This document shows positions 16,306 through 28,561 of a DNA stretch of 64,000 bases, piece by piece. The notes under the pieces were generated by a model. That model was given only the letters and a program-made list of their open reading frames with translations, did not search any database and had not been told where the DNA came from. The DNA is from the human T2T-CHM13v2.0 reference genome, Homo sapiens, in NCBI RefSeq assembly GCF_009914755.1, contig NC_060943.1. One strand, given 5' to 3'. The position numbers and the translations under genes were made by a program. Within the stretch, counting starts at the first letter, position 1; the number at the start of each line of letters is the position of its first letter.

Positions 16306-16921
16306 CACCAGGAGCAGCACTCGGAGGGCCGCAGTGCCCCCTCTAGCGAGCCGCACCTCATCTTTGTGTACGAGGACCGGCAGATCCTGGAGGACGCAGC
16401 AGCGCTCATCAGCTACTACGTGAAGCGGCAGCCGGCCATCCAGAAGGAGGACCAGGGCACCATCCACCAGCTGCTGCACCAGTTCGTGCCCAGCCTCTTC
16501 TTCTCTCAGCAGCTGGACCTGGGCGCCTCCGAGGAGTCAGCTGATGAGGACCGGGACAGCCCCCAGGGGCAGACCACAGACCCCAGTGAGCGGAAGAAGC
16601 CGGCGCCAGGACCCCACAGTAGCCCCCCAGAGGAGAAGGGGGCCTTCGGGGATGCCCCGGCCACTGAGCAGCCACCCCTGCCGCCCCCAGCCCCGCACAA
16701 GCCCCTGGACGATGTCTACAGCCTATTTTTTGCCAACAACAACTGGTACTTCTTCCTGCGCCTGCACCAGACCCTGTGCTCCAGGCTGCTGAAGATCTAC
16801 CGCCAGGCGCAGAAGCAGCTTCTGGAGTATCGGACCGAGAAGGAGCGGGAGAAGCTGCTGTGTGAGGGCCGCAGGGAGAAGGGCAGCGACCCCGCCATGG
16901 AGCTGCGGCTGAAGCAGCCCA
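16306..16921 (+). CDS. SIN3B: SIN3B coding exon (HQEQHSEG...[18 protein letters not shown]...ELRLKQP)
   Basis: cacag/gtaagg; 616 nt, phase 0 to 1. Confidence 0.96.
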
Positions 16922-17158
16922 GTAAGGCTCCAAAGCCTGCCGGGAGGCCCCGGGGGGTGCCTGGGGTTAGGGGTCACAGCTCATGATCTGACATGTCCTG
17001 TTACTTTTCTTTCTGGCTTTTCATTTTAAGAGAATTCTGTGATTTCAAATGGGAAATTGCAAACAGGAAGTTGCCAGCATAAGACAGAGGTCTCACGTAC
17101 CCCTCGCCCAGGCTCCCCTGGCCGTGGCACCTGTCCTGGGTGTAGCACCCTCTCCTGA

Positions 17159-17832
<674 letters not shown>

Positions 17833-18072
17833 CCTCCACAGCATTCTCGCTGCCATCCCTGGGTTGCCGGCCAGATTAGGCAGCCTCGGAGGGTGGCAGT
17901 GAACACCAGCTACTCGGGTTTCCTGGTGATTCCCACATTTGCCCCAGGGGTGGCAGGTGAGGGCTGTTGGGCCCCATGGGGGCATTTGTTGGGGCTCTGT
18001 CATGCCAGAGTTTGGCCTGCGTGACTTTGCGCTCTCCAGGAGGCATATGGATGAGGCGGTGTGTCTCCGCAG

Positions 18073-18242
18073 GTGAAGTGGAGCTGGAGGAGTACTACCC
18101 GGCCTTCCTGGACATGGTGCGGAGCCTGCTGGAGGGCAGCATCGACCCCACGCAGTACGAGGACACCCTACGCGAGATGTTCACCATCCATGCCTACGTG
18201 GGCTTCACCATGGACAAGCTGGTGCAGAACATTGCGCGGCAG
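18073..18242 (+). CDS. SIN3B: SIN3B coding exon ([21 protein letters not shown]...NIARQ; PAH4-like region)
   Basis: ccgcag/gtgagc; 170 nt, phase 1 to 0. Confidence 0.97.
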
Positions 18243-18351
18243 GTGAGCCGGGCCGGGGTGGGGCCGGCCCTGAGGACGGCGGAAATGGCTCTACCATCAT
18301 TTCACTCCCCGCTCGGGAGGGGGCCCGTGGTCAGCACAGCAAACCTATCCT

Positions 18352-18735
18352 GTTTTTTCTTAATTGAGACAAAATTCGCATAACGTAAAATTAACCATTT
18401 TGAAGTGTACAGTTTGGTAACATTTGGTACATTCACAATATTGTGCAACCACCACCTCTGTCTAGTTCCAGAACATTTCATCTTTCCAAAAGGAGACCCC
18501 ATCCCCATCAGCAGCCACTGCCCATTCCCCTGCCCCGAGCCCCTGACATCCAGTCAACTGCTTTCTGCCTCTGTATTTCCCTCGTGCTTCATTCCTTTTT
18601 ATGGCTCTGTAATACTCCATTGCGTGGGTAGCTACGTTTTGTTTCTATCTCTTGGTGGACATCTGGGCTGTGGCTGCCTTATAGAGATTGTGAGCAATGC
18701 TGCTCTGAACATTTGTGTACAAGTTTTTGTTCCGT
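18352..18735 (-). mobile_element. Old L1 (L1MB-like) 3'-end fragment
   Basis: AAAATTAACCATTTTGAAGTGTACA...TTGTGCAACCACCACC..TAGTTCCAGAACATTTCATC. Confidence 0.7.
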
Positions 18736-19274
18736 GTCCCTGTTGACAAACCTTTCTTGAGGTTAAATTGACAACATGGAAAAAACCTTAACCCACTTAT
18801 CCTGAGGGAGGGTGGGAATAGTGATTTCATCTGCGTTGGTTTTAGTAGTAGCAAAAACCCAGCCCCCACTGAATGTCAACACAAGGAAACTGGTCACGTA
18901 AATATAAACAGCAGACGTCCCAGACGAGCTGGGTGTGGTTCCAGGACATGGGTCCTGCCTGGTTTCTGCCAGAATCATTGTTCATGGTGACCTCCATTTC
19001 CTGGTCACCAAGTAAGGCTGTTCATCATAAAGTGGAAAAAAAGCTGGAAAAAAAATAATGCCATTACTCTCCCACCCAGACACAGCCACGAGAAGCATTT
19101 CAGACAGGACGTTTCCTTCCAGGTTTTAAAGACTGCTTAATGGAGCTAAAATACCCAAGCAGAAAAGTCCCCAAATTTGAAGGGGGCAGATGGATGGGCT
19201 TTTCATCAACAGAACCCCTGCCCCTGTGTCCCCACCCAGCCACCTGCCACCCATGGACACCCACAACCCTGATT

Positions 19275-19584
19275 TCTTTTTCTTCTTCTTCTTTTTTTTT
19301 TTTTGAGACAGAGTTTTGCTCTTGTCTCCCAGGCTGGAGTACAATGGCACAATCTCTGCTCACAGCAACCTCTGCCTCCTGGTTTCAAGCAATTCTCCTG
19401 CCTCAGCCTCCTGAGTAGCTGAGATTACAGGTGCGCACCACCACGCCTGGCTAATTTTTGTATTTTTAGTAGAGAGGGGGTTTCACCATGTTGGGCAGGC
19501 TGGTCTCGAACTCCTGACCTCAGGTGATCCGCCTCCCTTGGCCTCCTAAAGTGCTGGGATTACAGGCGTGAGCCACCGCACCGG
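19275..19584 (-). mobile_element. Alu (TSD cacaaccctgatttct)
   Basis: Reverse Alu with flanking direct repeat. Confidence 0.92.
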
Positions 19585-21104
19585 CATCACAACCCTGATT
19601 TCTACAGAGAGGTAGATCCCTGGCCTCGAGCTGTGTGTTAACAGCAGCACACAGCGCCCAGCCGCATCCTGGGAGCGTCATTCTGTGAGATTCCTGTGTT
19701 GAGATGAACCGGCCAAGGATTCCGAGGAACGACCCCCGATTCCGTCCACCTGTCTCCTGAGGACAGGCATGGGCGGTGCCCCGTGGGTGTGTCTGCGGTG
19801 GCCGTCTATGTACATTTCTGCTGCTGCCCTTGGGGTAAGGCACAGAGAGGTGTGTCCCGCTGATGGCAACTTTCCGTTTCCTGGGTCACTCGTACCAGTG
19901 CTGTGCGAGGCCGCACTCTGTGTCCTCCCTGGGGCTCAGGGGCGTCTCTCCATCAGCTGGGAGTTCAAATCTCGGTGGGCTCACGTTGCATTTCCCTGAT
20001 GGCAAATGTGGCTGGGGCCCTGTCCTTTCATGGCCGTTGGGACATCTTTTCTCATGGAAAGCTATCCACGGTGTTTGCGCCTGTTTCCGTTGCGTCTGCC
20101 TTGTTGGTGACTGGGAGGATTTCTGTGTCTGGCCATGAGGACTTAGTGAAACCCATAGCTGCGTTCTGACACCTTCGCTTCAGCCCCCTCCACTTTCCCT
20201 CCGTGTGCCCGAAATGGGTCCCTGCCCATCACCATCCACAGCAGTGGCCACTCCCCAGGTGAGGGAAACACGCACGGGGCAGCCTGGAGAGAGGACACCC
20301 AGGGCCCAGCACATGGTGTTGGGGAAGTGACGCAGGGGACGCCAGGGGGCTGGCAGTCTGTCCCCTCCCCCCCCCCCAGGCTGGGCACCCCTCATGGGCC
20401 ATGGCTTCGGGGACAGCAACCTTGCTTGTGACACCAGGAGATTGGACCAGATGGTTTATGGAAAGCATTGATTAATGCTTTAAAAAAATCCCCCCCTTCC
20501 ATAAACAACTCCTCTAGAACCTGTTAAAAACAAAGCAATGAAAATGGGGCTGTCTGGCTGGAGCTGTAGTGAGAGCCACATGCTGCCCTGCTGTCCCAGC
20601 TGTGGCTGCACCACACCCCAGCTGCATCTCCCTGGGCCAGGTGCTCACTGCGGGCCCCTCCACACTGTTTGTAACCTGCCTCGAGGCCATGTCTGGACTC
20701 TGCCTCCCTTTTTCTTAAAAATTAGCATTGCTGTTTTTTAGCAGTAGCAGTTGGCATTCAGTGGGCACTTGCTGTGTGCCAGGTACTGTCTGAAACCTAT
20801 GCGTGTCCAGGTGTTATTGTATCCATTCAACAAAGCTGCACATGGAACCCCCAAGGAGTGTGGTCCCCTGACCAGGGCCTGGGCTGTGCAGGCGGGTGAT
20901 TCACACAGCCCTGTCTGCCCCACGATCCCTGCTGTTTCCATTCCTTCCTTCTTCAGTGCAAAGGTAAAAGGAGTAGCAGTGTATTTACAGCCAAGCATTT
21001 AGGGGAAAGGAACAGCCTGCACTCAGGCCACCTTCAGCTCATTCCTGGGTTTGCTTTGGAACATATTTTTCCGTGTCTTTTCTGTGTGTTTCTCACACCC
21101 GGGC

Positions 21105-22745
21105 AGGGTTTGCTGGTCTGGCCTGGTCTGTTTTGTTCAGGTCTGGTCTGGTCTAGTTTTGGTCTGGTCTGGTCTGGTCTAGTTTTGGTCTGGCCTGGTC
21201 TGGTCTGGTTTGGTTTTGGTTTGGTCTGGTTTGGTCTGGTCTGGTCTGGCTTTGGTCTGATTTGGTTTGGTTTTGGTTTGGTCTGATTTGGTCTGGTCTG
21301 GTTTTGGTCTGGTCTCATCTGGTCTGGTGTGGTTTGGTTTTGATTTGGTCTGATTTGGTCTGCTCTGATCTGGTCTGGTCTGGTCTGGTTTGGTTTGGTT
21401 TTGATTTGGTCTGATTTGGTCTGGTCTGGTTTGGTGTGGTTTTGGTTTGGTCTGGTCTGGTCTGGTTTTGGTCTGGCCTGGTCTGATCTGATCTGGCCTG
21501 GTTTGGTTTGGTTTTGGTTTGGTCTGATCTGGTCTGTTTGGTCTGGTTTGGTTTGGTTTTAGTCTGGTCTGGTCTGGTTTTGGTATGGTCTAATCTGGTC
21601 TAGTTTGGTTGGTTTTGGTTTGGTCTGGTTTGGTGTGGTTTGGTCTGATCTGATCTGGGCTGGTTTTGGTCTGGTCTGATTTGATTTGGTCTGGTTTGGT
21701 TTGGTTTTAGTCTGGTCTAGTCTGGTCTGGTCTGGTTTTGGTCTGGTCTAATCTGGTCTAGTTTGGTTGGTTTTGGTTTGGTCTGATCTGATCTGGTCTG
21801 GTTTTGGTCTGGTCTGATTTGATTTGGTCTGGTTTGGTTTGGTTTGGTTAGGTTTTGGTTTGGTCTGGTTTGGTCTGGTCTGGTCTGGTTTTGGTCTGGT
21901 TTGGTTTGGTTTTGGTTTGGTCTGGTCTGGTTTAGTTTGGTCTGATCTGGTCTGGTCTGGTTTGGTTTTGGTTTGGTCTGGTCTGGTTTTGGTCTGGTTT
22001 GGGTCTGGTCTGGTCTGGTCTGTTTGGTCTGGTCTGGTCTGGTCTGGTCTGTCTGGTCTGGTTTGGTCTGGTCTGGTCTGGTCTGTTTGGTCTGGTCTGG
22101 TCTGGTTTTGGTCTGGTTTGGGTCTGGTCTGGTCTGGTTTTGGTCTGGTTTGGGTCTGGTCTGGTTTGGGTCTGGTCTGGTTTGGTCTGGTCTGGTCTGT
22201 TTGGTCTGGTCTGGTTTGGTCTGGTCTGGTCTGTTTGGTCTGGTCTGGTTTGGTCTGGTCTGGTCTGTTTGGTCTGGTCTGGTTTTGGTCTGGTTTGGGT
22301 CTGGTCTGGTCTGGTTTTGGTCTGGTTTGGGTCTGGTCTGGTTTGGTCTGGTCTGGTCTGTTTGGTCTGGTCTGGTCTGTTTGGTCTGGTCTGTTTGGTC
22401 TGGTCTGGTCTGGTCTGGTCTGGTTTGGTTTTGGTTTGGTCTGGTCTGGTTTTGGTCTGGTTTGGGTCTGGTCTGGTCTGGTCTGTTTGGTCTGGTCTGG
22501 TCTGGTCTGTTTGGTCTGGTCTGGTCTGGTCTGGTCTGGTCGGTTCGGTCTGGTCTGGTCTGGTTTGGTCTGGTCTGGTCGGTTTGGTCTGGTCTGGTCT
22601 GTTTGGTCTGGTCTGTTTGGTCTGGTCTGGTCTGGTCTGGTCTGGTCTGTTTGGTCTGGTCTGGTCTGTTTGGTTTGGTCTGGTCTGGTCTGGTCTGTTT
22701 GGTCTGGTCTGGTCTGGTCTGGTCTGGTCTGTTTGGTCTGGTCTG
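21105..22745. repeat. ~1.64-kb pentanucleotide array (GGTCT/GGTTT)n in a SIN3B intron
   Basis: Directly visible; diverged 5' half, purer 3' half. Confidence 0.98.
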
Positions 22746-22897
22746 CCCACAGCCTGTCAGGATTCTGGTCTCTTCATCCCTGTGTCATGCACTCTCCATC
22801 CTGATGTGTTTCTGGCCTTTGTCGACTTCCTCTGTGGGTGAGGTGGGGACTCCCGCAGGAGGCGGGGTGGCCGCACCACCTGCTTTCCTCCCGCCAG

Positions 22898-23071
22898 CTG
22901 CACCACCTCGTGAGCGATGACGTCTGCCTGAAGGTGGTGGAGCTCTACCTGAACGAGAAGAAGCGGGGTGCCGCTGGTGGGAACCTGTCCTCCCGCTGCG
23001 TCCGCGCTGCTAGGGAGACCAGCTACCAGTGGAAGGCTGAGCGCTGCATGGCCGACGAGAACTGCTTCAAG
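22898..23071 (+). CDS. SIN3B: SIN3B coding exon ([17 protein letters not shown]...ADENCFK)
   Basis: ccgccag/gtgaga; 174 nt, phase 0-0. Confidence 0.96.
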
Positions 23072-23328
23072 GTGAGAGGAGGCCTGGGGCTGGGAACACG
23101 CCGGGAGGCCCGGCCGCTCACTCCGCTCTGGACTCAGTCCTGGGTGGACCCTGGTTCAGCGGCTGGGACACCGGCCCTGCTGCAGAGCCCATGAGGTACC
23201 TTTGACCTGCAGGAAGCATCAGGGCTTTGGGAGGGTGGCAAAGGCGGGAGGCGGGTGGCCTTGCGAGCCTGCGCTGTGCCGGCTGGGCTGTGCCGGCAGT
23301 GGAGGCTGTCAGCGTTCCTGCTCCGCAG

Positions 23329-23421
23329 GTGATGTTCCTGCAGCGCAAAGGGCAGGTGATCATGACCATCGAGCTCCTGGACACCGAGGAGGCCCAGACG
23401 GAGGACCCTGTGGAGGTCCAG
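23329..23421 (+). CDS. SIN3B: SIN3B coding exon ([31 protein letters not shown])
   Basis: ccgcag/gtgagg; 93 nt, phase 0-0. Confidence 0.95.
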
Positions 23422-23974
23422 GTGAGGCCCTGGCCCCAGTCTGTGCCACGCATACCAGGGAGCGCCTGAGGGCAGCAGCATGGGGCTCCCACCAGCCAAG
23501 CGCAGGCCGCGCAGCATCCAGAGACCCTCCCTCTGCAGGCCACAGGCTCTCCTTGAGGCCTGGTGGGTGGGGTTGCCTCCCTCCCTGCTCCCCCACCAGG
23601 CTCTCTTCTGTGCCCCCTCTCCAAAGAGCAGACCACTCCTCCTGAGCAAGCGGTTGTGTCCCAGGGCAGGAGGGGAACCAAGCCACCTCTCCCTGGCCCC
23701 CGACTCCCACTCAGGGCATCCCGTGGCTGTGACCTCTGCACCTCTTGTGTCAGGGCTGCATCCTGTTCCTAATCCCCAGCAGAGGAGCCACCTGGGCCCA
23801 GCTCCCAGTCACAATTTTTGCGGGGACAGATGTTTCCTGCTCACCTCCCGCATCCTGGTGACAGTGAGGCATTGACCCGTGTGTGTCCCCAGGGTGGTCA
23901 TTGGGGCCTGCAGCTCCCGGCACCTGCCAACAGGTCCAGTGTGTGTGCACATTACTCAGCTAGGCCAACCCCAT

Positions 23975-24200
23975 TCATTTCCTGGGGCTACCACCACAAT
24001 GACCACAAACCACGTGGCTTCAAACAACAGAAGTCTATTCCCTCAACGTCCTGGAGGTCAGCAGTCCACAACCACAGTGTGGGCCGGGCGGTGCTCCTGC
24101 CAAAGGCTCTGGGGCGGATCCTTCCTGCTCTTCCAGCTTCCGGGGGCTTCTGGCGCTCCTCAGCTGTGGCCTGGTTGTGTGAGTCCCGCTGTCACTGGGT
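23975..24200 (-). mobile_element. MLT1 (MaLR) LTR fragment
   Basis: GGCTTCAAACAACAGAAGTCTATT...GGAGGTCAG..GTCCA; reverse of the MLT1 3' part. Confidence 0.6.
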
Positions 24201-24387
24201 CCTCTGTCAAGAGCTATAGTCTGTTGGGGTCTCCGTCAGGGATCAGAGTCCTCTGCAGCGGCTCTCCTCATGCTCTGGCAGTGGGGGGCACAGAACCCCT
24301 GTGAGCTCCTGAACTCAGAGTCCAGAGTAAGAGTGGCCATAGCCCTGCTGTAGGGGCATCACGGGCTGTGTCTCTCCCTGTCCCCAG

Positions 24388-24482
24388 CACCTGGCTCGGT
24401 ACGTGGAGCAGTATGTGGGGACCGAGGGCGCGTCCAGCTCGCCCACTGAGGGCTTCCTCCTGAAACCTGTGTTCCTGCAGAG
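24388..24482 (+). CDS. SIN3B: SIN3B coding exon ([11 protein letters not shown]...KPVFLQR)
   Basis: ccccag/gtaagg; 95 nt, phase 0 to 2. Confidence 0.95.
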
Positions 24483-25025
24483 GTAAGGGGCCCTGAGATG
24501 CATGCTCCGTTCCTTCCTTCCTGGGCCCAGGGAGTGTCCCCTTTGTCCTGACGGGGGCTGGACCATGGCACACTGTCTGGGAGCACTTAGTAGGTGCCTG
24601 CTGTGTGCTGAGGCAGGCCCTGCCCTTTTGAGGCTTGTGGTTTGCAGTGGAGGGATTAGTAACCCCAGGACGGTGAGGTGTAGGAGGGGCAAGGCCAACC
24701 CCACGATGCGTCAGTGGGTGAAGAGTGAATGCCCGGACTGGAGGGAGACGCTGCCAGAGCTGGTGGGGCCAGGCCAGAGGCGGGTGGCTGTGGCAGGACC
24801 CTGGACCACCTCAGGTCAGGCTAGGATGGCACCTATGGGACCAGTGGGGGCTGCTGGTGGGTGTTCAGATCTGGGGGCATTTCTTGTTGCTTCCATTTGC
24901 TTTCTGTGGACCCCTGGGAGGTAGCACATCTTCTGATGGTCCCAGGCCTGGGGGTTTCCCAGCCTGCAAATCCTCCTCCCACAATGCCGAGAGCCAGAGT
25001 CCATTCCACCTCCTTTCGCCCCCAG

Positions 25026-25233
25026 GAACCTCAAGAAGTTCCGCCGCCGGTGGCAGAGCGAGCAGGCGCGGGCCCTGCGCGGTGAGGCCAGGAGCTCCTG
25101 GAAGCGGCTGGTGGGCGTGGAGAGCGCCTGCGACGTGGACTGCCGCTTCAAGCTCAGCACTCACAAGATGGTGTTCATCGTGAACTCCGAGGACTACATG
25201 TACCGTCGCGGGACCCTCTGCCGGGCCAAGCAG
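25026..25233 (+). CDS. SIN3B: SIN3B coding exon (NLKKFRRRW...[24 protein letters not shown])
   Basis: cccag/gtgcca; 208 nt, phase 2 to 0; conserved SIN3 C-terminal region. Confidence 0.96.
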
Positions 25234-25339
25234 GTGCCAGGGGAGGCCTGGGCTGCCCCGACATGCCCCTCCTCACCCCAAGTCCTGGGGCCCTGGGGGT
25301 CCAGCCCTCAGCTGCCCTGACACCCGGCCTCTTCAACAG

Positions 25340-25570
25340 GTGCAGCCCCTGGTCCTGCTCCGCCACCACCAGCACTTTGAGGAGTGGCACAGCCGCTGGC
25401 TGGAGGACAATGTGACGGTGGAGGCGGCTAGCCTGGTGCAGGACTGGCTGATGGGTGAGGAGGACGAGGACATGGTACCCTGCAAGACGCTGTGTGAGAC
25501 AGTGCACGTGCACGGCCTGCCCGTGACCCGCTACCGCGTGCAGTACAGCCGCCGCCCGGCCTCGCCCTGA
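25340..25570 (+). CDS. SIN3B: SIN3B last coding exon ([10 protein letters not shown]...RRPASP*)
   Basis: aacag acceptor; TGA at 25568-25570. Confidence 0.96.
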
Positions 25571-27167
25571 CCCGCCCTCATGGGCACCGGGCAGGCGCCT
25601 CACAGAGCACAGACGTGCCCTCGGCCTTGGTCGTGTCGGGGCCGTTTTCTTGAACGACGTGAGAGGCATCTCCCAGCCCCTCTGCTGCCGGACAGCGCAC
25701 TCCAGGGCAGGACGCCGCCCCCGTGGCTCCTGGTCTCCTGTGGGCCTGCTGTGTGCCAAACCTGAGCTACCTGCACCCGAGCCCTGGGGCTCAGCCCCAC
25801 CACAGGGGCGGGTGGACGTGCTGGCCGAGGAACAAGCAATCATGTTTGCGTCCCCGTCCGTCACATGTGCCAAATCCCTGGCAGGCAGATGGCTCCTGCC
25901 CCATATTCTTGCCGTGTCTTGGAAAAGTCACAGGTGACAGCCCTCCTGAGGCCCACACTTTGGAGGGGGTCCATGTCCAAGAGACCCTGACAAGGAAGGA
26001 GTTGAGCCCTGGGTAGGCTTGCTTGAAAAGTGAGTCCTTCCAGAATATTCTCAGAGCTGCCAGAAACATCATCTGAGGGTTTGGGCATCAGCTCTGCCTG
26101 GCTGGTGTTCAGGCCCTCAGTCACTTTGGAAGTGAGAAGAACCCTTCAGCCAAACCTTTGGGATCCCATTTTGAAGTCCAGAGCTGGAGCAGGCGGGCAG
26201 TGCCCTGGGAGACCCCGCTCTGGATAAGACACCCAACCCCAACTCCAGCAGCTGGACTCTGGGCCCACAAGGGGAGGGACCCCAGCCAGTATTCCCTCAG
26301 AGCCGGCACGACCCTGCTGTGGGGCGGCGGGCCCAGTCGTGTTCCTGCAGTGGGCACCCTAGGCGTATGTGTATACACGCACAGATATTTATTCCTTTCG
26401 CTTTTAGTGGTTGTTATTTCTGTAGCAGCCAAGTCCTGCGGCTCCCTGGGGCTGAGATCTCCCTTTGTGGAACTCCGAGAGCCGCCCTGACAGTCCCAGC
26501 CGCCACCCAAGGAGCCCCATCCGCCCACCCACCCTGGGACCCACGCGGCCACTCCAGGGATCATTGTTGTCCTTTTGTGAGGGGCTGAGGCGACTGTCCC
26601 ATGGAGGCATCCAAGGCTTTCTGTGCCAAGAATCCCAAGTGACTGGGGCTGGGGACCACTTCTCCAGGCCTCTCTCCCCGACCATGAGAGCCCCTGGCCC
26701 TGGCCCCTGCACACCAGTGGGCCCAGAATAACCGCCACCCTTGCCATCCTGCAACAGCTGGACTCAAGTTTCCAGGAAGTGGAGATGTGTTTCTAGAAGT
26801 TTCCTGTGGAACCTGGAGGCTCCTGACGCCTTTGACTCCAGGCTGGGCGATTCCGATGCTGACCCGTCCTCCTGGGCTCCCCACCCCCGCTCCCCAAGTG
26901 TCACACAGGCACTTTGTACACATCCTGGTTTTCTAAGAAGGGAACTTGCCATCAAGATTCCTGTACCAGGCCCACGGCCGTCTCGGGCAGAGCCACCTGG
27001 GCCCCGGGTGCAGCCGGAGACCCCGCCGAGCCCCTCCTCCCAGTATTCCCATCCCCGCATGCTTCTAGGGAGCGCCTCTTTTCCGTTCTTGAGGAATTTC
27101 TGTTCTGGGGCTTGTCCTTCCTTTGCAGCTGTTTTGAATGTAGTTTTCCTTTTCTATTTATTTGCAC

Positions 27168-27173
27168 ATTAAA
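27168..27173 (+). terminator. SIN3B: SIN3B polyadenylation signal ATTAAA (3' UTR ~25571-27190)
   Basis: ATTAAA with upstream U-rich tract and downstream GU-rich element (gtgtgttggtctt). Confidence 0.8.
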
Positions 27174-28069
27174 GTTAATAATTGAATATTGACATCAAGC
27201 CGTGAGGGTGTGTTGGTCTTCCTGTGAGAGCCTTGCTGACTTCCTGCCACCAGGTCAGTGGGCTGGACCCATGAGAGCAAGGGGTGGCTGGGTGTGCCTA
27301 CCTGGGACCAGGGGAGTCGAAGCCCCTCCTTGAACCAAGATCATCTCACACCCTGCACCTGCCCCGCCACGACATGGGAGTGTCTTCTAGAATATTCTTT
27401 CCCCATTCCATTTGCACATTTAGTGGGAATTAGAAGCGTCTCCTTCGCCCGAGTGTCTCTCATGCAGAACCCAATTTAAAGATCATGGTGTTTGCTCTAA
27501 GGTGTTTGTTCTAAGCTTCCCATGCCCAACCTATCCGTCCAGGCCCATGCCTGCCCACCCACCCCACACGACCACCCTCTGTACTCCTTGGGGCCCCACC
27601 CACTTCCTGGCTTTCACCATCATTTTCTCCTCATCTCCTGCCCCCTGTCTGCATCCCAAGCTCCACACCTGCTTCCGGGTAGCAGAAGCCCCAGCTCTGC
27701 TGTGTCCCCTGGCTGACATACCTGGAGGGTTCCAAGGCAGAAGTGGCCAGCCCCTCCCCCTCAGTATGGGCTCCTCCATCCTCTGTAGGGGAGGGGCCAT
27801 AGCTTCCTCCCAGTGACCCATGTGCTCCCTGTACACCCAAGCGTCTCTGGCAGTTCTGACCACACCCCCACCGGAGGGTCAGGGCTCCCAGGGAGCGTGG
27901 CAAGCCAGACCGGAGGCCGCCCTGTTTCCTTCTGCCTTGATCCCATGGCTGGGGATGCCCAGGGTCCTCTGTGGGCCCCCAGACTGGCTTTCCTTGGTCA
28001 GAAGTGCTGCAGGGGCTGGGAAAGGCTGTGCTGGTCCCAGGAGAGCAGACAAAGAGCAGATCTCCGAGG

Positions 28070-28470
28070 TGGCCCTGCCCTGAGGGGTCCCCTGCCCTCA
28101 AGTAGGGCCCATGGCCTTGATGAGGTGATATGACATGAGTTGAGAGAGGTTCCTCACTGGCCCTGAAGATGTCTCCGCTGTGCTGGGGAGGGGACCCTGT
28201 GGCAAGGGACAGAGAGTGGCCTCCAAGAGCCAAGGGGGACCTCAGAGCCACCACTACCACCAGGACCCAAATTCTGCCCAAGTCCACTTGGGCCCAGAAA
28301 AGGCCCCCGAGCAGCAGATAAGGACACAGCCCAGCTGACACCTTGATCTCAGCCTCATTTGACCCTGAACCAAAGACCCAGCCTCCCAGGCTGGACCCCT
28401 GACCCACGGAAACAAAAGGTCATAGAGGCGTGTGGCTGTGAGCCACATTCATTATCCAGAGATAGATACA
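28070..28470 (+). mobile_element. Degenerate MLT1 (MaLR) LTR
   Basis: CAGCTGACACCTTGATCTCAGCC...TGACCCACGGAAAC motifs. Confidence 0.5.
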
Positions 28471-28561
28471 GCAGCATTAATAAAGCCGCTGCATGTCCAG
28501 CACCTCCCCTTCCACCTCCGTCAAGTACGGGGAGGTGGCTGAGGGTCTCAGGAACCCCTAC

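Noticed and set aside
21824-22920. 272-326 aa ORFs (poly-GLVWS / poly-PDQTR) as protein-coding genes
   Set aside because: An inevitable result of an adenine-free pentamer repeat; non-ATG starts; no splice or promoter context
25683-25700. REST RE1 half-site GGACAGCGC in the SIN3B 3' UTR
   Set aside because: The left half-site is absent at the canonical spacing
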